In this document: positions 1 to 13,713 of the stretch, one piece after another
Position numbering within the stretch: position 1 is the first letter of the stretch
Layout of the letters: each line of letters opens with the position of its first letter
Source of the DNA: Eukaryota sp. GEM-RC1
Lineage: Eukaryota
Direction: 5' to 3'
Length of the DNA stretch: 64,000 bases
Assembly: GCA_040285855.1 (NCBI GenBank)
Contig: JAUFOQ010000016.1
Span: 2,666,001-2,730,000, forward strand
Notes under the pieces: model-generated
Databases searched by the model: none
What the model was told of the DNA's origin: nothing
Seen by the model: the letters and a program-made list of their open reading frames with translations, nothing else
Made by a program: the position numbers and the translations under genes

Positions 1-123
1 AACGGTATGATAGTTTGGTGTTTGTATTTAATACTATTGCTGTGAAGTTCCAAGGTAAGATACTAATCCATATAAACGACAACATGTTGTTTTCTACCTT
101 ACAAAAAATGTTTATAGCATCAT

Positions 124-3100
124 TTACAAAGGACTAAACAATTTGGCTAAACCATCAAAAATTTCGGACACTTTCAATTTTGATTCCGCCAAGAATTCTA
201 AATCTTCATTGTAATAGCGAACTTCGCAATCTTGAGAATCCATGGGATGAAGTCCGACTCTCAAAACAAACTTCTTTAATAATCTACGATGATTTCTAAT
301 AGATGTCCTTTTGTCAGTTTCTGTAATGAATTTGCTTTGCTAGTAGTGAGTTTCTTTTTAAACTCAGGCTGAACTAATTCTTGTAGGAGCTCGATTGGGA
401 AAGTCTGCTCAACTAAATTTAATATAGTTAAAATCTCTTTAACTGGTTCATTTGCAAAATGGAGTCCAATATTTTGGCAAAAATCGTCAAGTCTTTTCTG
501 TTTCAGAAATGCCTTTAAGCTCATAGATCTGTCATTTGGAAGATCTGTAGCAATAGTTCTAGTGACAATAATAATTTCATTATACAAAGGTTGGTATTCA
601 TCATCAAAAATGGAAGGTGGACAGACAACATTATCATCAACAGTAAAACCTTGTTCCAAAAGAACATCCTCTAAATCCCACAAGTCTTTGGTTTTTGACA
701 ACAAAAACTCTGGTGATTCTATTGGTTCAATTTTGTGCTTAATCAATCCAGAAAGAATGTAACCGTCATAAACGTGATCTACAACTCGTAAACTGCAAGT
801 GAAAGGATCAAGGGTAATACCACGACTGTCATAATTGATTTGAACAAAGGAATCAGAATTGATTGAAAAGAGATCAATCGATCCCAATGAATAATTTCCA
901 ACAAGAGTATTATGAGTATTGACAAATTCCTCTTCAATTAGAGTTCGAATAGGTAATGCATCCTCAGAATCGTCAAGAGTGAATAATCCAAGGCAAGAAG
1001 AATCAGAAATTTTGTTTGGAACAGAAAGAGAAGTGCAACCAACAGTTACATTTCCTGTTCTCAGAGAAGTCCGTAAATCAGACAAAATACCACTATAAGT
1101 ATCACGAGCATCTACAAAAGGCTTCTACTTCCAGTACTGGTCAATATTTTTTTGGTTGGAGTTGCAATAGCTTTGAATTTGAACATTAAAGCGGTCTTTT
1201 CACGAACAAACTTCACCAGTTTTACAAATGCAGGGAGGTGTTCGGCAACGCTCATAAAAATACAAGCTTTAGAAATATCAACATTATTTAAAAATGGTGA
1301 TGACTTGTCAGGAATATCGTTAACAATTGGTGACGATGCAACCAAAGATGACAACGCAGCAACATCACTACCTAATTCCTCTATTGAAACTCCCTCAATT
1401 CTAGAGCTTAAAGTTAGAGCAGTCACATCAGACTTGGGAAGTGGATCAAGTTCAATTGAATTAAGAATGGTCATGATACGATCTTCAGCTTGAAATTTTT
1501 CCTCTATTGATGCACATACAAAATTTGGAATTTCATTAGAAATCTTTCGAATTACGTGCGCAAGGATTAAAGAGACTTGAGGTCTAGTAACACGCAGAAT
1601 GTTGGCCAAAACATTTAAACATTCAATCAATGTATCACGAAGTTGAGCCAATCCATGTTCAACGTCATACATTCTAGCATACTGGTCTCCAATACCATTA
1701 GTAACACAAGCACGAGCTAAGACCATGTACAAAAAGACACATGATCCAAGTAACCAAGATCTTAGATTTGAATAGCGGAATAAACCCTTCATACAAGGTT
1801 CTAAAGTTCCATTAGTAAATACATCGTAACGACCAGGTTGTAGTCCAGGTTGCCATTGAGGATTGGAGGAAAAGTGTTTGAAAGGAACTTCAGGTGAAGA
1901 ATCCATTTGTGACCAATTGATAGCAGAACATTTTGGACACTTGTGTTGATCTGGGCCAGTCCAAACATTAGGCCCACTACCACGATCACTAACTCCTGAG
2001 CGCCCACAATCACCAACAATTTGGGTAAAACCACAAGTTAAACAGTAATAGAGATGCAGTCCAATGTTTTTCAAATGAATTCGTGCAAATGAACTGCTTG
2101 GAAAATTGAAAGGAATAAAATCAGCTTCAATAGAGGAAGTAGTGAAGACTTGACAAGCATCAGAATTTAAAATTTCTCCCAGTGGAAGTAGACAACAAAG
2201 GGAAGTATCAAAAACATTGAAAAGTTGTTTAAAATTTGATTCTGGTATATTCCTATTCTTAGAAATCAAAATAGCAGAAACCTTATGCCCAGTAATTTCA
2301 GATAGGTCAATAGCTCCGCTTTGAAGTCTTTGGACTTCTTCAATGATTGCAGGATTACTCTTATAGTCAGTATCACCTGCTAAACCACTAAAATCGTCAT
2401 CATTCAAGTTCAATGGGGCAAGTAACTCCTGTTTTTGACTGGTAGTTCCATCTGAATCCTTGATTAAACAAGAAAGAGCTTCCATTGCTTCACCCTCAGT
2501 TCCACGTGATAAAAGTAAACGAATAAGGAAAGTCTTTGTTCCAATCAAATGTGATTTTGTCTGTTCTGATGGGTCAAGTGAGAAGATCAACACTTCAATA
2601 GGAAGTGTATGGTTTTTGTCAATAAGATCTGTAATCAAGACAGAAAATAACTTACTATAAAGAGTTATTAGAGTGAGTTGTGAGGCTTTACGTAACTTGT
2701 CCAGTACTTCAGACAGAGTTGGTAAGTGGAAACCAAGTTTAGGCAGACATGAAGCAAATGACTGAGACAAAGAAGCCAAAAACCATGGGAAAGTGTCAGG
2801 ATTAGCATACATTGAAAAGAGAGCTTCAAGAGCAGTCGTTACCGATGTAACAAATGTTGACAATTTTTTCGGCTTTGTTTCATTTATCAGCTTTTCAAAC
2901 AGTTTTTCAAATATTAGTGGAGCTACATCACCAATAACAGAAGAGTCAGTGACAAACTCAAAAAGATTAGATTGTAAGAGCAACTTATGGTCAAAATAAT
3001 CACAAAGAGCTCCAATAACACGTAGCCGATTAGGTGTTGGATCTGACAAGAAGAATTTAATAGTGTCTAAAACACCTTGCTTACTAGTAATTAAATTCTC

Positions 3101-6100
3101 AGAAGCAAGTTCGTCAGGACAATCATGAACATATGCTAACTTTAACCAAGAAGTACATATTCTGCCTAAAGAACTATCCTCAATCTCTAAAGAAAGATGA
3201 GATAACACAGCTTCTTTAGCTTCAGGTTGGAGAGAATTAATGAGCTGGAAACCCAGAGCTGTCGCTGATTGATCCTCATGGATTGGTTGGTTGAGTGATT
3301 GCAGATGAGCAATAACACGTGATTGGTGATACAGTTGTTTGTTTGTCAAGAAAATGTAAAGCTCAGAAAAGAGATCAACGATTGAGGAACAGTCAGAAGC
3401 ATTTTGAACGAAAGAATCTACAAGGTAATCTGATATCTGGAAATATTCAAATATTGGTCGAACAATTGAGGTGATATCGTTGTTTCCAAATTTGCAGTTG
3501 TAATTGTGAAGCAAAACATCGTGAACTGACATATCTTCAATAAACTCCAAAAAGAGATCAAGTTCAGAGTTGTTATCACGATGATATTCAATTAAAGCAC
3601 AAATAAAGTATATGAAATGTAACTCACCAAAATTCAAAATTTCAAAGGAATTGCATGGTAAATTCCAGTGAGGAAATTTCGTCGAAGAAAGAATCCAAGA
3701 AACACAGTGAAGGTAAGAATTACTAGGCATTAAATCGGTATCAAAAGGAATCATCAAATTCCAATCAATTAAAACAGAAAAAACCCCCTGTAATTGAGAA
3801 AGTAAATGACCTTTAACAAATAAATCAAGTTGTTCTAATAAACATTTAGTTTCATTGGTAGAAACATTAAACTGAGTATTTGCAGAAGCTGGAATTCTGT
3901 CAGATTCTTGAAGAAGAGGAAGAACCACGTGGAAAAATTCAACAAAAGCATCTCCTAATGACGTGACCATTTGATAACAAGGTCGGATTTTGGCAGGAGG
4001 AAGAGGCAGTTTCATTAGGGCAGGAACTAGGAGTGATCCATACAGCGGTAATAATTGATCTCGTGGAATATCAGAAACTGAAAAATTGAATAATTGAGAA
4101 ATATTGGAAACAGAATCACCAACTATTGAAGCATAGTTAATTGAGTCACAATAGACTGCAATGAAAGAAGAAAGTGGAGATATCTGGAGACCTTCACCAT
4201 TGATCATGGCGATTACAATATCGAAATTTGAGAGATATTTTAAAAATACTTGGGGATCTGCGTGTTGGCTGAAGTGCTTTTTCAATGTATCAGAAATATT
4301 CAATTTTTCAATGAAATCATAATGCTGAGCCTCATCGCCTTCAATTCTAATAACCAACAAAGATTTGGCTGTTTCTGCTGTATCTTCGTCGAGTAATTTT
4401 TGGATAATTTCAATACCAGTATTTTTCAATAATGTTTTTAAATCACTAGATTCAGAAACACTAGAAACGTTGGCGATTTTCACAGAATCATATCCAGGTA
4501 ATGAGTCAAACGACTGTCCAAACACTTTAGACAGAGCTACGACTTTAAGTGGATGTTGAAGTACGGCAAGACTAGAAAGGTGGTCAAGGGCATGGGTAAG
4601 AGTAAGAAAAGGACCATCATGGGAGTGATTGTTAGATGAAATAACATGGGCAGGATTTGCAAGAAAATGAAGACGTTCAAGACGAAGATTATCAACAAGT
4701 TTCAATTCAGACAGGAAGTTTTGCCGAATTTGAGAATTAGAAATTGAACATTTTGGAAGCGATTTTAAAACACCCAAATCATTAAACATATTTTCAATAT
4801 CAGCAGTTGATTCTTTCACAGCAACAAGATCTGAAAGAACAAACTTTTCCATTCTATTCAAGAGAGCTGGAGGTGTGGATTTTAAATTTTCTTCGGAAAC
4901 TACCAAAATAATTTTAGTTTTTTCATGAACGTGGCACAAAGAGTTAGAAACAGGTCCTAAAGCAACTCTACAAAGAGCATCACCGGTTTTTGTATCTTTT
5001 CTAAGATAATTCTTATTGATTAAATCGAACAAAGCTCCAATAATGTGTTCAGTACCAGAAAGAACAATCACTTTCCCTAACTTAACAGCAGTAATCACTT
5101 TTGATAGATGATTATAGGACACATCATTGTAAGCATCCTTCTCAAACCGTGAACCTTGAACCACGACAATATCTTGCCGTGATCTGTTAATAACATACAA
5201 TGAGAATTGGAGGGAGCCAATAAAGAGAACATGTCTTGAATCGGCGGTTGAATCCTGAATTGATGCTAAACATGCTGTAAGTGAATCCTTTTGAAGTTTT
5301 GGTCGGTCTTGAAAAGTGACTCTACGTGGGTAGAAAAGAGAAGTGACGATGCCCTTGTCGTTCGTTATCCTTTTGAAACATCAGGAGAAAAAATATCAGT
5401 AAGAACTTTAAAAACGGCATCATTCTTTAAAGGTAAACCTCCATAAGCTCTGAGGAACCCATTACGTCGATTCCGTTGGGTAAAATCACTTCTATTCAAC
5501 CACTTAGATAGCTGGTAAGCATCTCTCATACCGTAGAATTGATTACCATGACAAGGATAAATCTTATAAGCTTGAGCCTTCATAAGCTTATGAATCTTTG
5601 TTAGTAGAATGGGAATTTTGTCATCATTATACTGGCCAATTTCCTTCAGTAAAGCAGTAAGTTCAGCATCAGAGGGCTCCTGACGATGGATGACGATAGC
5701 ACGACTAGAAGGAGCGGCATCAAAGTCTGAATTAGAGATTCCAATGAAGGCAAACAGAGGTACTTTTTTCTTCTCGAGGTTCCAGGACAGAATGTAAACA
5801 CTTTAGAGGGTTTGCAGGGGCATCTAAAAGTAAAGAAATTTCGTCCATGATTAGAGCTTGACGAACGTTAGTATCAGCTATTGCATTTTTCTTGACTCTA
5901 TCTACCACGGTCATTACTGATTTAGTAGTTGCGGCGTGACTTCCTTGGAAATGATGAGGGAAAATACGATGAAATCCAGATTCACCAGTATTAACTTTGG
6001 AAAGAAAAGTAAGTAAAACAGTAAGTGAAAGAGACTTTGAAGTTCCTGGAGCACCAATAACCATAATTGGAGTTCTAGAAATTAAGGCAAGAAACATTGC

Positions 6101-9100
6101 AAAAGTATTTTCCAAAAAGTAGGTAGTTTTACGAACACCTTCAGGAAGAGTTCCCAAGTCTACGAACTGAGACAACGTGGTATTAATTCTCTGTTGAGCA
6201 ATAGCCGGTCTAATGTGTAGTTCCCCGCAAATTCTTGATAGAAGTGTGTCTTGATCGACCTTAGTAGGTAATCTAAGAATGTAGCACACGTAAACAGTGA
6301 GGAGAAGCAAGTGCGAAAAAGTGGACTCAGAGAAGAACATGAAACCAGGAGCAAGATCGTTTTTAAATTCGATCAAAAATTTCAAAATTCTTGTTGCTCT
6401 AACTGCATCTCGAAGAGAGATCATCCAAGGAACATTAGCAGCAACTGATATATTGTTCAAGCATTTATGGATTCGTGACAAAGTTCGAGCTAAAGTAGCG
6501 ACTTCAGTAGTGGAACAAATCGAAACTAAATCAGATCGTTCAGCTATTTTAACGACATATTCTTCTTCATCCTGTTCAGACAACTTACCAAAGTCCATCA
6601 TAAGAGGGATTAAACATGAAGGTTCTGGGTGAACATTATACAAAAGCTTATCACCATCACCTTTTTGATATGGATTGATAGCAGCTACTAAACGGACTTT
6701 TGGATGTAAAGTTAGAGTTCCAAGTTTTCTGTTGGTAATTAAACAAGACACAAGTCCTAAGAAATCAGAAGCATTACATTCGTCTAAAAATAGAATCGGA
6801 AAGAGAGGACTTTCAGGAGGAAGTAGTATGGCGAGATCGTTGACCCTTTTAATAGCATCTTCTACTTCGTGAAGTTCTGTACCAGCATTAACGGTAACAT
6901 TAACAAATAATTCTTCCCATAAATTAGGATTTTCAGCAGAATTATTCCAAAATAAAATAAAACTTAAACATTCGAGTAAATGAGTTTTTCCAACACCACT
7001 AGCACCTCGAAGAATGGTTGGCAAATTAGCGGAAAATCTAAGAGCAATTAAGGTTTGTTTAAGGTAAGCATCACCAGTGAGGGCGTAGCTTCCGAAACGT
7101 TCTTTCCATAATTTAGGTGGTACAGAGCTATCAAAAGTAAATGCTCGAATTTTCGAAATTTTACCTTCATCAGCGACTGGAATTTCAACTGAATCCCTGG
7201 AATAAGTGTTCATATCTATATAGGTTTTGAGAGCACGTGGAACTCTACTTCCTCTTGGAACTGTAATTGAAGGAGATTCACGAGTTAACATGAACATAAC
7301 ATGATTCATATCATTCCAATTGATCACAACTTCCTCTCTATCCACAATGGTAGTCGGAACTGACATGAGGACGGTCTGACGAGAAAAACCAAATATCACA
7401 TCAATGACATCACGTCGGATGTCTTGAATGTGACTGACACTGATTCCACTATCACTCATAATGTCAGCACTAAAGAAAGGAGCCTTATCAAAGTAGTTCA
7501 ATTGAGATCCAAGTAAAGAGACAATATCTGTAAGAAGTCTAAATGACCATTGACTTTGATGAGGAGGAGGTAGATCTGCAAAAGTATTAGTAAAAAGAGG
7601 TTCTAACGAAGAAGGAGAATTGAGAAGAGAAGAAAGAAAACGACAAACAGTAGCAGCATTTGCAATCATTTCATCAGAAGTAAAATCAACATGGGAAAAA
7701 TCAAAAGAAAGTTCATGGACCAGACCAGTTTTGTTTGGATACAAAGAATCTATAAGAGAATCATACCAATTAAATGAAGTTGAACTGGCTTTGGAATTGG
7801 CCGCGAACTCAATATACATCTTATTTTCAAGTCTAAAAATAGAACCATTGTGCCGGATACCTGAAAGAAAGGACAAGGAAAACAAAATGTAGCCAGTATT
7901 GTAGAAGTCTTGAGAAGTCAATTTGGATGACGTTGTCCAGTGTTCCCCAGTTAACGTTCTTTTTAAAACATCCAAAGGCTCTCGAATATCTAAATGAATA
8001 TTGGGATTCGTCCAATCAATCTGGTCGTCACGAAGATACTTATCAATAAATTGAGAAATATCGACTTTTCCAGAAATATTAAATGTTTTCGGATGCGTTT
8101 CAACTAAACCTTCATGAATGCATTCTCTTAAACACCTTGTAGTTTTACCTTGACCAGGTACTGCTGACGTGTAAATTGCACCTACAGTACAGCTTTCTAA
8201 TACTGAAGATAGGTCGACTTCTGAAGGAAGGGTACCAAGTACACAGTGGGTATTGTCAAGGAAATCAGTACCACACCCAACTACAGAAATTTTAAAATTG
8301 TCCTTGTTCTTATCCTTCATGTAGATATAGAACTTCTCCCGAACAGAAAATCTCAATTGATCAAAACCAATAATTAATCGTTCAGATACTAGTGAGTCAG
8401 ACATAACTGCAACTAAAGAACTGAAAGAAGTTTCCCAATTACAAATTAAAACATTTCGAATGTTTAATTCAATGTCTCTAGAAACTGCTACTTTCAAAGC
8501 ATCAGTGAAGAGTTTTGATAGAGAATCTGATTGGAAATACGTGATTGATCGGTCTTTGATTTCAACAGAAGGAGGAGGAGAATTGAAGATTTCCTCGAGT
8601 TTAACATTAACAGAATTACTGGCATCAATTCCAGATTGAGCCTCTTCATTTATTAAATATTCTGGAATATCAAAGAACACCTGAATATCAGCCACTCGAA
8701 GTTTTAAAAGAAAATTTGAAATTTCTTTTGGATGCATCCCTCTAAACCAGCCATTTTGAGCTTGTTCCAAGAGAGTCATCCAAGTATCACGTAATTCTCG
8801 TAAAGTCTCGACTTGTTGTTGAATACCAGAGTTATGTTCTTCAATCATGACAATAAGTTCAGGCTCATTAGATTTGATGGGAAAACCACAATCAACTAAT
8901 TGTCTCAAAATAAAAAGTGTTTCATCAACTAGCTGGCACATATTTAAAAATTCATCTCTTTTTCATCATCAACTCCAGACTTTCGATCAACTTGTTCCTC
9001 GATATTCTCAATTGATTCTGCTTGTAAAAGAATTCCTTCAGCTCTAGCTCTATGAAACTCCTCTTCTGGGACATCAATTGTACTACCTTCACCAGTAGGA

Positions 9101-11947
9101 AGTTGCAGACCGACAGTGATGGTCTCAAGATTGAAAAGTAACGTTCCTTCTTGGAAATTACACTTAGAAATGATATTAATCAAAGCAGATTGGTCACCAT
9201 CACTGCCCAACAATTCATTAATTGCCTTGATTGCACTCTTTAATTGATTGATGGACTTACAATCGGCAGCAACACGTTGAGGAGAGTGGCAATTTTCTTC
9301 CATCCAGACATGCAGATTCCTTATAAGCTGACGCATATAGACATCTCCACCATGAAATACTGGCTTTAATACAGAATTCCAAAGAGATTTGGGATCATCC
9401 AACATACTGATAAAAAACTGAGCAACAGAGCTATTAACAGTATAAGATGCGGCAAAGTTACCATAAAGCTTTGATGAAAGTTCTTCAGGAGTTAAAGTAG
9501 AGTATTTGTTCAGAATTGAAAGTAATTCATCTACATTGTTAAGAAGTTGGAAGATTTGTAAAAACAGTGGTGGTGACGTACGATTGCAATGACTACAATC
9601 AATCAGTGAACTGAAATTCTTGGAGTAAGATCCAAAGTCAGATAATAAAGAATCTGAAGAGAGTTCCTGAATAGAATTAAATTTTTTATCAGCAAGCGAA
9701 ATTTTGATTGAGCTCAATAATCCAGAAGCCTTCTGGAAACAAGCGATGATTGGATCCCACACGTGACGATTGACCCATGATTTGATATTGAAAAGATCTT
9801 CTTCATGAAGTTTTCCAGAGGGATTTAGAAGAGAGAGAATTTCGATTTCATTAAACATTTCTTCTTCATTAAAATCACTGTAGACGGATTCCAAATGAGA
9901 AGCCTTGACATCAGGTTCAAGCAATTGGGTAATGAATTGTAGAATTTGTTGAGAAATTGTAGCAGCAACCGTGACAAGGTCAATTCCAGAAGGGACATCA
10001 CCTTCTTGATCTTCTTCAACAATATCCCCTTCTTCGTCATCACTAAGGAGGATGGCAGGGAGCTCAATCATGACGTTTGAACTGGAATTAACATAGCTGG
10101 TATAGAAATGACGGAATAGAGCCGTAGAAGAGATCTTTGCAACTAAAGTTTCAGGAGGGAACTTATTATCGAACTGAACGCCTTCCAAAAAGGCGGAAAC
10201 AATCTGAGTGATAACAGTAGAAATTGGATTAGCCAATACAGTAGATAACTTCGCAGTAGATACGAAAAGAGAGTCTTTCAGTTTGTGAATGGAATTGAAT
10301 TCGTCAGGTAGATCGAAGACTTCAGCAATAGTAACAAAATCAGTGAGCTTTAGCTGGAAGAGTTCAATTTGAGAAAATATTTCGGTAAATCGACTACGCA
10401 AAGACTCCTCGACAGTATCTTCAACTTGTAATAACCATGATGGCGCAAAATTAGCAATGAACTTTTCAAAGTTAGTTCCTTCTTTTAATAAAAGAATATC
10501 TCCTACTACGCAAGTTTCTTCAATGTTATTGTAAACATTCTTGCAATATGCAAGAGCTTGACTCAAAGGAATTTGCATGATGAAAGCCTCGCGTAATGGT
10601 GGTTCAATCAAGCTTTCTAGACAATCAAAGGAAATGTTGGAAAAAAGCCGAGTCAAATACTGCTGAATTTCTGGAGTTTGTGACCATCCATTGAAGATAT
10701 TAGGAAGGCCCAGAACAAGAGTTTGGAACAAGTTATGAACAGAACCACGTTGTACAAATTCACGAAGAATTACAATTAAAACTTTTTGAGTTTTAGAGTC
10801 TAGTTTGAAGAATTCAACAATGACTGGAATAGCTTGTATAACAGACTTCGTATGCTTAAAATTCTTCAAGAGTTCCCAAAATTGAGCATTGTTATTGAGA
10901 TGTGTGGCTACAAACGCCAAAGCATGAGGGTTCTGTCGTATGATCAAGCCAATGGATTTAAGAAAGTTGTCGGGTGAGAGTAAACCATCCTTCCAGTTCC
11001 TGAAGAGGAATTTGGAAAGGAGTAAGGAGTTGTTGTCATGTTGAAGCCGATTTAGTATTGGTTCGTGAAGAGAGTCATGGACCTTGAGAGAGAGGTAGCT
11101 ATGGGGGAGAACATCAATAAGTTGGGTACAGAATTGGTGGGAAAGCTCTTTAGGAAAAGGAGAAGAAGCGAGACGGAGAAAGCTGGTTGGGGATTGATCT
11201 TTGAAAGAGCGGAGGCTTCGACTGAGCAAATGTTGATGTTGAGAAAGAAAGCCGAAATCTGGTTGGAAGGAGGACTGACCGGAAAGAGCGGAGAAGACTG
11301 GGAAGAGAATTGAATGGTCTGAGTTATGTTGGAGGAAATGGCTAACGATGGCAGAAGAGTTGCGGAAGGACCAAAACTGTGGAGACTGGAAACAACAATG
11401 AAAGAGATTCGGTGGATATGTGGCTTAGAAGAGACCTGAACAGAGCTAAGCAATCAATGAGGAGGGGAAGTTGATGGTAGCGTACAAGAACTCTGATGGC
11501 GAACTGGATCCCTTCTGTCAATCCATGTGAAGAGAAATCTACGACAAATTGGCCCGCGACAGCCATATCGAATATTCTCCTTGTGATACGGCATAGAAAA
11601 TCCAGATCTTTGATATACTGCTGGCCACTATGGAGAACATCAGCGAGAGCAATTAGCAGCTCACCAGCATAAAAGGGAGTGTTGCGCCCTAAGCAAGAAT
11701 CGATGATGACGGGATCCTTATCACGACTGTTATCATGATACTCACGGTTATATCCAGGTTCTATGGCATTCTTAGAACGATACTTGTATTCAAATGACTG
11801 TTTGTCCAGTTTGACAAAGTAGCAACGTCCTTCCCCTAATTGTGTCAAAGAAATGGCTCGAACCCAGTAATTAAAGGACCCTTTTATAGAAAATGGACCC
11901 TGAATACCTTTCAAAAGGACAAAGCATGGTACTTGTTGTTTCACCAT
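124..11947 (-). CDS. RNF213: RNF213/mysterin-like giant AAA+ ATPase / RZ-finger E3 ligase (copy A, ~3,900 aa): CBM20-like N-terminus, helical stalk, dynein-like AAA modules, E3 module with RZ finger, C-terminal domain
   Basis: Consecutive minus-strand ORFs 11342-11959, 8944-11229, 5732-8941, 5365-5583, 1112-5200, 276-1085 and a tail ending TAA at 124-126 join by single-base shifts, mostly in homopolymers. Motifs matching RNF213: GSFNYW..FEYKY..EPGYNR (CBM20-like), PGQGKTT, GASGVGKT/LFLDECN, GAPGTSKS/MDEISL..PLKCLHSVLE, FYGMRDAY, GSRFEKD, CRVALG, PPALLNRMEK, and RZ-like YYCLTCGFTQIVGDCGR..CPKC. Likely start ATG at 11947 (MVKQQVP). Confidence 0.88.
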
Positions 11948-12129
11948 AAATGAAAGCAAATGATAGAATTAAATTTCTGGAATGTTTCTTCTAGTTGTTC
12001 GATTTGATTTAGAAGACAGATCAATAATGATAAGATCACTTCATGTTGATGAGACCATATGCTATGTTCGCCCCACAATATACAATGATCTTCAATTGCA
12101 GCAACGAAACATTTGTTTTGTGTTTCAAC

Positions 12130-12766
12130 CATAGTTGTGGATACCTATATCCCAATAAATAGAATACCTAATACCTGCCAAAATACCAAAATACCGAATA
12201 CCTCAGCCTGATACCTGAATACCCAGAAAAATGATTGAACACATTATCGAAACTAATTTATATAACCTGTTGTACAAACATCTAACTCAACAATCCACAG
12301 TGCTACAAACTATGTTACTCGTCACTTCGTCTTGATTTTCTTCCACTTTGGCATAGTCCATCCCTATGGTTGACAACCATTACACCTGATATCCACAAGT
12401 TCTTTCGTGAGAACCTTGGCTGTGACAAGCTTCCACAATGAGTTCTTAGAAGTTTGCCTAACGGTGGCAAAAGAAGTGTCCTCTTTTTGGGAAAAGATTC
12501 AAAGAGAAGGTTGGCAACAATTCAACAAACAGTTTTAATCTGGTGTTGACTTAGAACACGTACAATGTATCCATTTGTTCAAAAATAGAAAACTTGATTA
12601 ATCTAAATGAATATACTAAACAAAATTAATACTATTTAAATGTAGCATTAGAAGGGTACTTTTGGTAGTGACAGGTATCTCCAATATGAGACATGAAAAT
12701 ACCTAATACCTACCTCAATACCTAATACCTACCGAAATACCTCGAATTTAGGTATCCACAACTATG
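12130..12766. mobile_element. Non-autonomous hAT-type MITE, 637 bp
   Basis: Perfect 18-bp TIR CATAGTTGTGGATACCTA (12130-12147, inverse 12749-12766); 8-bp TSD GTTTCAAC (12122-12129, 12767-12774); subterminal ATACC(T) repeats at both ends. Confidence 0.93.
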
Positions 12767-13713
12767 GTTTCAACAGTTTGCAATGTAGATATACGGAAAT
12801 GTTGGACCAGCTGCATAAGGTTTTCTATCACCCTTTGGTAAATTGAACAGTTTATTGATGGAGGGTACAAAAATGTATATCATAATCAAAGCTATGATAC
12901 ACTAGACACCGAAAATTCCTGGTCCACAGTACCACAGTTTTTATACAACGTTGTGAAAATTGATTTAAAAAACTTAGGCATCGAACGGAACAACGAACAA
13001 ATCAAACAGTTATGCCAAATTGATAAGTTAATTCTCTTAATTTCATTAATTAATTGGTAAATTGTGTTCTGAGTACGGTAAAGTTTTCAATCAAAATTTC
13101 TGATAGAGGTTAACAACGCACAGGTAATTGAATTCAATTTTAGGTAAGTTGTTGGGTGATGGACAGAAAATCATAGTTTAGATAGTTTAGATAGTGTCTG
13201 TTAGTTATTGTTTTCTGCAAAAGCCTTTATTTCACCGATTGATCATAAACCCCGTTTTTTTGGAATACAAGTGATATATGTAGAGACTAAACAACTAAGA
13301 TTTGATACAAATTGTATCATTAAAGCAAAACCCGTCCTATCAAAGATTAGAACAAAATATACTAAGAGTGCTAAAATGTTCACTTATGTTCATTTAAGTT
13401 CAGTCAGAGTCTTGAATTGTTGGTACGTTGTTGTTGATGTAGTTGGATGTATCAGATCAGTTCCTGGAGCAACTAGGCGTCTAGAAGAAGGTGCGGATAA
13501 GTTTTCACTTGGTCGTCCCTTAGTTTCTGAACAAAATTTGGTTAATAAGAAGTGGCAGTTTGAAGGAGATACCATGTGTTGATGTGTTAATTGTTTTGGT
13601 TGTTTTCGACCAATTTTGGAAGGCGCAAAATGTATACACTTTGAAAAGTCATCGGTATGCACTTTTCAAAAACAGGGTACAGTACGCCTGGGTATTATTC
13701 ATGGTTTTGAAAA

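Noticed and set aside
1112..1125. Stop-codon reassignment (in-frame TAG/TAA at ORF joins)
   Set aside because: Joins need frame changes, not read-through, and long ORFs end normally on TAA, TAG or TGA.
124..11947. Gene A as a pseudogene, or programmed ribosomal frameshifting
   Set aside because: Breaks are single-base changes mostly in homopolymers, occur at different sites in A and B, and also occur in BTAF1. Sequencing error is simpler.
11941..12890. Upstream ORF (MQLVQHFR..VETQNK..) restored by MITE removal as an N-terminal extension of gene A
   Set aside because: It is out of frame with A and has no recognisable homology; the CBM20-like domain starts right after ATG 11947. Not fully excluded.
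13208..13662. Short ORFs upstream of the RING-kinase, and ORFs in 16699-17818
   Set aside because: No recognisable domains, mostly non-ATG starts, AT-rich; probably decayed TE or intergenic sequence.
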